Positions 55,408 through 64,000 of a stretch of DNA of 64,000 nucleotides are shown one piece after another. Position numbers and translations under genes: made by a program. A model generated the notes under the pieces. That model made no database searches. It had not been told where the DNA came from and saw only the letters and a program-made list of their open reading frames with translations. This stretch comes from Octopus sinensis (Eukaryota): contig NC_043001.1 in assembly GCF_006345805.1 (NCBI RefSeq), positions 75,330,001 through 75,394,000 on the forward strand, given 5' to 3'. Position 1 is the first letter of the stretch. Every line of letters starts with the position of its first letter.

Positions 55408-56293
55408 CTAGCGGAATTACCCGGTAATACCCGGAAAAGCAGGGGTTGTTTCCAGTTCCCATTCCTTATTTCTTTACTGCCCACAAGAAGCTACACACAG
55501 AGGGAGCAAATAAGGACAGACAAAGGGATTAAGTCGATGACATCAATCCCAGTGCGTAACTGGTACTTACTTATTTAATCGATCCCGAAAGGATGAAAGA
55601 CAAAGTCGACCTCGGCGGAATTTGAACTCGGAACGTAGCGGCAGACGAAATACCGCTAAGCATTTCGCCTGGGGTGCTAACGTTTCTGCCAGCTCGCCGC
55701 CAGTCCCCATTCCTATTACACTGTTTCATGTCCTATCCTGTTCCCGTTTTAGTTCCGATCCCATTCCTATCCCCAATCTTTTGTCAATATATAAATTTTA
55801 GAATCAGTTAGGTTTAATGAAGCCATTATATATTTTACTAACATTTATGGTTATAGTTTATTGCTAAAAATAGGTATTACAAACTATTAATACGATTAGT
55901 GGGTGAATAAGGAATGTCCCTATGTTATTTTAACAAACGAATATGCATCTGAGTAAAATAAATTAGATAGATAGATATATTTGCAAATAAGTTGTAAAAT
56001 CGTCCGCGTATTATAGCTGGCGTAGTCACGTCTCGTATCTTATCGTAGCTGATTTGTAAACATAAGTTACAGCCCATTCCCCTAGAGGGCCTATTAAAGA
56101 TTTTCATTGAAATCCAATTTCACCTATAATTCAATTGAATGTTAGGAGCAAATAAATAACAAAATGAGATTTACCGTGGAAAATTATTTCAAGATACAAA
56201 ATTTGAAAACTTTGACGTGATTTTAAAATCTCAAAATATGTGACAGCAACAGAGAAGACCTTACAAAAGTAGAGAGACAGACAGTTATAGGAC

Positions 56294-56375
<82 letters not shown>

Positions 56376-56429
56376 CATATTTACAAACGTACACACAGAT
56401 AATCACAAGTTTGAAATAGTATAAGTAGA
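55408..56429 (-). mobile_element. Non-autonomous Helitron-like element with a nested SINE
   Basis: Minus-strand 3' end ccgg-gtatta-ccgg-gtaattccg-CTAG|T; putative 5' end TCtacttatac followed by (TG)n. Confidence 0.55.
55467..55701 (-). mobile_element. Full-length Nin-domain-like SINE
   Basis: Homologue of 37037-37271, flanked by the imperfect TSD cagttcccattcct/cagtccccattcct. Confidence 0.85.
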
Positions 56430-56439
56430 CAAATGTGTG

Positions 56440-58157
56440 TATGTCATTCAGTTTATTTCAAGATTTCTTGCCAATAGACAAAGAACCAGTTTCTAACCTA
56501 GATCCATTGGAATTTCAATGTCAATAACAGGGTATTTTTGTTGAGATTTGTATGTTTTATGTATGTATTCTCTTGCATATAGTTGCATATCTAGACACAC
56601 TCATATATATTTAAATGATTAACTTCTGGTTTTACAGTCTTTTACAGTTCCAGTGCTGGATTGGATCTGTAGTATTCGAATTAGCTTTTTCCATTTTGGT
56701 ATTTAAGCAGTGTGTTACATATCGCAGGTCCCAATAATTACAGGTATAAACCTGAATTTGTAATCTGGATAGAGTAACTGCAGACTTCTCAATAGTTCAG
56801 CATAGGTGTTCTCTTTTTCACTGATCTTCAGCTAATTTCCACAACTGTGTACATTTTCTCTTCCCTATCCCAAATCATAATGTCAGGTATGTTGTGCTTA
56901 CATTTTATTGAGGTCTTCACTGGTACATTCCAACAGTATCCCTTTTTATTATGAGTAGCTATGGCTTCTACCATATTGTAGGTTCTTATTTCTTTGTCCT
57001 CGGGAATATCCTTCCCACAGATTTCATTATAGAGTGTCCTAGCTATAACATCATGTTTCTTCGGTAAATAAACCGTAATGACATTTTCGGACAACTGTTC
57101 ATGATGTGTGAATTCCACAAAGTCTGCATCGGCTGTGACACTTTACGGCTTTATCCGCATCTCTATCTCTTTTGTGCATCAGGTACTTGGTTGATATTTC
57201 CTGTTCCTGGATTGCAAACGCATACCATTCAACGTGGGAACTAGTAATCCAGTTATTGCTCCATAATAAACTGCTTTGATGGTCGATGTTACTATCATCC
57301 CTGAGCTTTCTAGTAACATATTCATATATAGTCTTCTGCTCATATAGACTCACCCTTTTATCTGATGATACGTTGCGAGTTCTTAGGGCGTGTATTCCAG
57401 TTTATCAGACAAAGATTGTTGTTCAAGCAGCTGCCCTCCAAGTCTTATGATGTTATCAGCCTCATGTATGCATGCTTGGTCAGGAGATGCACTTCGACAC
57501 TTGGTGGTTAAAAGATGCTACCAACGGGATATTATGCGACATTCAAAGGCATTTTGGATTCATGCTAAGCCTCTTCCTCCTTGTTTTCGTTTTATGTAGC
57601 AGCGGTCGACATCACTGTTTATGTGGAAACTATGTGTGCTTATTATTTTTCGGGTTTTCACATCAGTGTTTCGGATCTCATCAAGCGTCTAATCAAGCAG
57701 CCCAAATGTTGGTATGAGTACTGGTACTGCAAACACATTGTGGACCACTGTTTTATTGAATGCAGAGAGTTCTGAGGTCCAAATTTTCTTTATTCGACTG
57801 TATTATTCTTTAGTGACACGTGTTTTGTTACAGGTGCTACTGTAAGATATATTTTCATCCACCCCTAGATACCTGTAACATTTCGCGTCAGTTATAGAAG
57901 AAACAGTTGAATCATTAATGGAGAAGTTACTAGACTGGTTCATAGTTTTCCTCCTTTTCACAACCATATAAAAATATTTATCATGACTAAACTCCAATCC
58001 TACATCCTTCGAGAATATTGTAGCTAGGTCAAAGCTCTTTTCTATCTCATGCATATTCTTTGCATAAAGTTTTAAGCAATCCACAAAGAAACTGTGTAAT
58101 TTTGGTATTTCTGTTTCCTTGTGAACCAGTGAGATATCCTTCAGGTTTCCTTAACAT
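56440..58157 (-). mobile_element. R4-clade-like RLE non-LTR retrotransposon, 5'-truncated and degenerate
   Basis: RT remnants (LKLYAKN, YRYLGV), AIQEQEI, CRLCG, KHNIPDIMIWD..EIS. (TATG)n lies at the 5' truncation and tgtatgt at the 3' end. Confidence 0.85.
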
Positions 58158-58743
58158 GTATGTATGTGTGTATGTATGTATGTATGTATGTATGTATGTA
58201 TGTATGTATGTATGTATGTATGTATGTATGTATGTACGTACGCATGTATATATGTGTGTGTGTCTATGTGTGGGTGTTTCTTTGCGATGTACAGGAGAAA
58301 AGCCACCTACCCCTCTCTCCTTAATGCTACGTATTCCTCTCACCCACCTTTCTGTGTGTGTGTTTTGTATGTATGCATTTACGGAAGTTTGTATGCAGCG
58401 TCGCATGTACGATTTATTAACGTTCCATACAATTTCCGCCTCTGTGCTTGCCTTCACTGACAGAAGTCACCCTCGCTTTGTTACTACCTCAGAATTTTGC
58501 AACTTTCTCATTTTATCAAATAACGCCCCAGGGGGGGGGGGGCAGATTGTACATTTTAACTGACATCCAATTAACCAATTATTGAACTGGATATTAGTGT
58601 CACATGTATGCACAGTTTCGCGAATATTGGTTCGGTGGTTTAGACACTAAGTTCGTATCAGAGAGATGATGGACAGACAGACTGACTGGCAGACAAACAG
58701 ACAGACAGACAGACGGAAGTTGGCATTTATATATATATATATA

Positions 58744-58774
<31 letters not shown>

Positions 58775-59283
58775 TCTCAAAGAGAGAGTGAGAAGAGTAA
58801 GAGAAACTGATAGACATAGAGGGAGAGATAATGGGAGTAGAGGGAAAAATCAATTTGAAATACCTGGAATAATTGACTTAACGGCGATCCCAATAAAGGT
58901 CAATAAAGGTAAAAGGTAAAATAACACCAGAGACTTGGAATACGATTGAATTCACTCACCAGCATAGTTTAATCGTTAAAAATAAGCTTCTGGTTATCGT
59001 CTACCGTGTCCCAAATACAAATATACGTTCGTTGTTATCATTTAGATTGATGTCACACGGCCTAAGTCAAATTGAGCTGTTGTCTTTTTTTTTCAGACTC
59101 TCGTCATATTGGGGCATGGCTTTGCAGGGTTTTAGTCGAACAAATCAACCTCAGAACATGTTTTAAAGTGACACTTATTCTATCGGTTACTTGTACCGAC
59201 CCACTAGTTATAAGGCCGTAACAAAGCAACACCGATTGTCAGGTAGTGTTGTGGGGGATAAACCCAAAGACACTTACACACGC

Positions 59284-59370
<87 letters not shown>

Positions 59371-59407
59371 ATATATATATGAGTGGGTATATATATATAT
59401 ATATATA

Positions 59408-60265
59408 CAGGGTGGGTGAAAAGTAAGTAGGCATTAAAAATTGGTAATAAAATCCATATTCTTTTCACAAATTTCTTGAAACAAATTATACATGTTCTTT
59501 ATGACATGGGAAAATGAAGGTAAATTTTCATATTTCAATGTAAGCACCGGTGGCGTCAACCAATTTCCTCAAACTGTCAGGGATGGAATGAACAACCTTA
59601 TGAAGGATATTGTCCGGGATATAATTGAGAACCTCCTGAATCCGCGCCTCCAAGTCCTCCTGTGTGCGAGATTTTGTCTTGTACACCTCTTTTGTGTATC
59701 CCCACTGGTAAAAGTCACATGAAGCGAGATCTGGACTTCTTGGAGTTCTGGACTTCTGAACTTCTGCGGTGGCAGTCTTCAGGTTTTAGCTCCTGCTCGT
59801 AATGGGGTTTCCACGGATGAAAATTCAGTTCTTTACGCAACAACATACGTATTGTGTGTCTTGTTAGTCCTCTTTCACGTATTGATTTTTGCAGGCTGCG
59901 ACTAAAAATTACATCCACTGTTGCCACATTCTCCGCGGATCGAGACGTGGTTGGACGGCGACGTCTTCTGGCATGACAACATTTTATTGTCTCCTGACGT
60001 AGTGCTGCATACTTACCTTTCCATGCACGCCACCATCTCTCAACCAAAACAATGGAATTCCACACTTTATAGCGTGCTGCTATAGCTCGTTCCTGAAGAG
60101 TCAAGCGACCGGGCATCTGGAAAATAAGAAATAAGAAATAAGACAATAAGAAAATAAGAAATACCATTAGTATTGTTTGTTTAAAAAATGTTTCCGTCGT
60201 GACTTCAGTGATACTAAAAATTCTATAAGCAATTTCTAATGTCTAGTTACTTTCCACCGACCATG
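59408..60265 (-). mobile_element. Internally deleted Tc1/mariner-superfamily DNA transposon
   Basis: ~36-bp imperfect TIRs (cagggtgggtgaaaagtaagtaggcatta / reverse complement catggtcggtggaaagtaactagacatta) with TA flanks. Transposase N-terminal (…LRKELNFHPWK…QELKPED) and C-terminal remnants are present. Confidence 0.85.
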
Positions 60266-60272
60266 TATATAT

Positions 60273-60307
<35 letters not shown>

Positions 60308-60892
60308 TGTTACGCCGCACGCAGGCCTACGGTGCCACCACGGGACCTAACACAAACAGCCCGCGGTTTGCTGACCAGAGAAGCTTGCGTGCGACGACGC
60401 TCAGTAAATCAGAAACCCACTCCGGACAGCGAAGCAGCGAAACGCAGCCAGTAGAGTCAACAACAACAATAAAAATAACACACAAGCGTTGCGTAGTCAA
60501 AGTTTTTATTTTTAACAAAACATTCAACAATTCTTTAGAAAGTTCTTTTTTTTTTCTTTCCTTAGTTCCTTAAAAAAACACATTTAACATTTAACAACAC
60601 AACGTTTTTCTCTTTCTTTTTTTTAGACATTCAACACCACAAAGTTTTTTTCTTTCCTTTCCTAAAACATTTAACACGAAAGTTCGTTTCCTTTAAAACA
60701 CACAAAACACATTTACCAGTAACATTTTCTTACTTACTCAGCCCACGCGTAGTATCTCGCTACCTCACTTGCCAGTCGTTCAGTTGCCAGTCGTCCAGAC
60801 CCGGTCTCTCCCTCCAACTGTCCCTCGCAACTCAGCGACACCCGGATAAATGAAGCCGTCCAGCCAGAAAGAGAGGCATACCGCACGTAACA
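60308..60892 (-). mobile_element. LTR (3' LTR of a minus-strand LTR retrotransposon) with adjacent polypurine tract
   Basis: Termini TGTTACG...CGTAACA. The reverse complement of 60893-60912 gives gggaagggagatgcgcac directly before the TG. Confidence 0.7.
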
Positions 60893-61749
60893 GTGCGCAT
60901 CTCCCTTCCCAAAACCTTGTCATCCCTAAACTCTCCGTGACCGCAGAGGGCCAGAGGTCAAGTGCCTACGGCCACAAACAACCGCGCTCCCTGACAGGAC
61001 AAAGGAAACACAACCGACCTGAACAGCTGGAACGTCCTTCGGAGTTTTCTTTCCTCAGTCGAGTTCCAGATTATCTTTGCAATTTCGGCTGGTTATACTC
61101 TAGATTGCTCCAATCTGACCAGCCCCAAGGAAAAACTAAGCTAAGAGCACTAGATTCCTTGGAAGAAAGCATTCTCGCCCATCCTTAATTCTTCTATTCT
61201 TATGCTTCTACCTCTCTCTCTTCTCTTCCCACGTAACTGGTGTTCGGTCAAGCCTGACCTTTCTTTCTTGGTCAACATCTATATTCTTCCTTGTGCCTGT
61301 CAAATCCCATGTCCCTGCCGTAAGGCTTTATTTCCACACATGCAGGCTTAATTTAATTCGCCCTTAATCGAAAGACACCCATTGTTACATTCTGTTACTC
61401 TCTCTTTTACTCTTTTACTTGTTTCAGTCATTTGACTGCGGCCATGCTGGAGCACCGCCTTTATTTCTTGTCTACCATTTCTCTGATTTTTTTCCCGTCC
61501 TTGTTTTCTTTGTATCGTTTGTCTGGATGTTTTGTTGTCCCTTTTTTGTATCACCTAATGGTCTGGATGCTTTGCGTCCTTGTCTCATTTTTGTATTATA
61601 TATATGTATATATGTATATATGTATATATATATACATACATACATATATATATATACATGTATATATATATGTATATATATATATACACATATATATATA
61701 TATATGTATATATATATGTATATATATATGTACACACACATATATATAT

Positions 61750-61783
<34 letters not shown>

Positions 61784-62479
61784 CGTATGTATGTATGTAT
61801 GTATGTAGGTATGCATGTATGCATGTATGAGTATTTGAAGTGGTATATTGTATATTAAGGAAGCAGTCAGAATTTTGGATACTTGTTCATTAGTGCTTTT
61901 GTCTGTTCAATCGAACTCTTCAGATATAATGCACAGAATGTCTTCACCTTAATATATAAATCGAAAAGCGGATGTTGCTTTGTTTAGTTTAGAAGAGTAG
62001 AAAGAGAAAAGAGGGAGGAATGGAGGATGGGAAGAAACAGAGGAATTCAGACACAGGAAAGTAAAAGAAATCATGTAACTTGGGTTGGTCTTTGACTAAT
62101 ACGTGGTTGATACTAAATGACCTTTCACGATGTGAATTTTGTTTTTGGAGAAAGGGACGAAGTGAGAAAGTCAGGAAAGCAAGGGAAAGAATCGAAAATG
62201 GAAAGAGTGACAGAGAAAAAGAGGCTTCTTTTCAATTATAATGTATCGATGATGATCAATTATATTGCATCGATTGTTGAAATTTAATTACAATTCAAGA
62301 TGTCATTCTCGATTCAGCCATTATTTTTGAAAGTCTCTCTTTCTCTCTCTCTCTTTTTTCTCTTATTATATACAAATTAACATTTTCAGAATTGAAAAGG
62401 TGATTCTTAAGTAAGTACACAGTTATAAAGTTGAAATAAATCTGAAAAATCCAATGTTAGCTGAAATGGAAGACTGGAA

Positions 62480-63167
62480 GCCATCAGAATATTGGAAAAG
62501 ATTTGCCTGGATCATGATGACTTGTACTGGGTATCAAAATGGCGATATCATGTTTGGTGCTCATGTCACGTCTTACCACCTCTGTAAATGTGGTAAGACG
62601 TGACATGGACCAAGTTTCCCCAAACTGTGATAGTCTTTCAGTGTGTCCCCACGTCCTTGATCAGAGCCTCAGGCTTCCTTCAGATGGCTATGTGATACTT
62701 CTGCAGAATGTAGTCAAACTCTGGCTAGAGTGAGTTGCTGCTGGAAGGCCATATGTGTGGCAGCAGGATTTGGGACCGTTGCCATACCTCCGGCAATAGT
62801 TAGAAGTAGTTGTCAGAGAATTTCTACGACTTTAGCAACCCCAATATTTAGCCTCCTAATTCCCGCTCTTGTAATCCCATGGATTGCGGTTGAGAATGAA
62901 AACCACCCTTCCTGCAGCACTAACGCCGAGCTTGTATCCAAGATGAACGAAACGTTCGAAGAAATTCCTAGGAACACGGTGAGGAATGCATGCAGCGTGT
63001 TTCAGAGACACTTTGAGGCAGTGGTGAAAGCTGAGGGAGGCTATTTTGAGTAAACTATTATCTCCCAGCCATAGTCTAGTTGATTCTTCTTGATGCTTTA
63101 AATTATTATCTTTGTAGGATGGTATATTGTGTTTTTTACCTTTTATACAAATTTTGTCCGAACACTG
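62480..63167 (+). mobile_element. Degenerate Tc1/mariner transposase C-terminal half with right end
   Basis: TKFPQTV..., VAAGRPYVWQQD, PNSRSCNPMD, ...FEAVVKAEGGYFE*; ends ...gtccgaacactg|TA. Confidence 0.75.
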
Positions 63168-63180
63168 TATATATACATAC

Positions 63181-63294
<114 letters not shown>

Positions 63295-63582
63295 CACGTG
63301 ATCACGTGACGGACCAGTCCATTAGATGTAGTTACATATCGCTTGTCACAATGCGTTCGCATTGTTTTAGCCTTCGAAGATGCCACCCCGCTGGCTAAGC
63401 GAGCAGGCCAACAGAAGAAAGAGTGGTGAAAAAATACAGCAGGGATCACCAACCCCTGCCGGAGACTCGTGGAGCTTTTAGGTGTTTTCGCTCAATAAAC
63501 ACTCACAACGCCCGGTCTGGGAATCGAAACCGCGATCCTACGACCGCGAGTCCGCTGCCCTAACCACTGGGCCATTACGCCT
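63295..63582 (-). mobile_element. tRNA-derived SINE
   Basis: Reverse complement ggcgtaatggcccagtggttagggcagcgg...ggtttcgattcccagacc (A and B boxes) followed by a non-tRNA body. Confidence 0.75.
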
Positions 63583-63607
63583 CTCTCTCTCTCTCTCTCT
63601 CTCTCTC

Positions 63608-63704
<97 letters not shown>

Positions 63705-64000
63705 GTTAAAGTTAGGGCGTATAAACACGAGACAAGTAGTTTTGATTCTTCCCTGTGTATACGTTTAACTCTAGGTTGGAACTGCTGAGGAAGATCAAAC
63801 CTAGTGAGTTCTCCAATTGGTCCAGGAAACTAGATGGTAAAGAATTTTCATTTTAAAATTTATTCCTGTCGAATTTTATCCCAAATTTTTGTGGTTATAG
63901 AACCTAACCGTTCTTTCTAGCGTACAGATCCCTATAAGTGGATTCCTTATGCGTTTAAATATACACTATATTGTATGACTAATATATAGTCTGTTTGACT

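Overview
AT-rich eukaryotic DNA that is almost entirely repetitive: dense (TA)n, (CA)n, (TCTA)n, (CATA)n and (AAT)n microsatellites plus nested transposon remnants. The SINE, LINE and microsatellite mix suggests a cephalopod (octopus-like) genome, which is an inference. No intact host gene is supported; one short candidate terminal exon lies near 44.0 kb. Recognisable elements are several Penelope-like retroelements (RT + GIY-YIG), Tx1/L1-like, R4/Dong-like (RLE) and CR1-group LINE fragments, a decayed Rep/helicase Helitron with small non-autonomous Helitrons, Tc1/mariner remnants, an LTR with a polypurine tract, MITEs and tRNA-derived SINEs. The main signal is a 5.5-kb two-armed inverted array of a near-identical ~553-bp non-coding unit (2760-8290). 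Every complete unit carries a minimal type I hammerhead ribozyme (9 copies), as expected of a retrozyme or Penelope-pLTR-like self-cleaving RNA system. About ten further unrelated hammerhead-like motifs occur in (TA)n-associated palindromes and at PLE ends. Different retroelement families also appear to sit in different microsatellite types. All protein calls and alignments were made by eye, and most boundaries are approximate.
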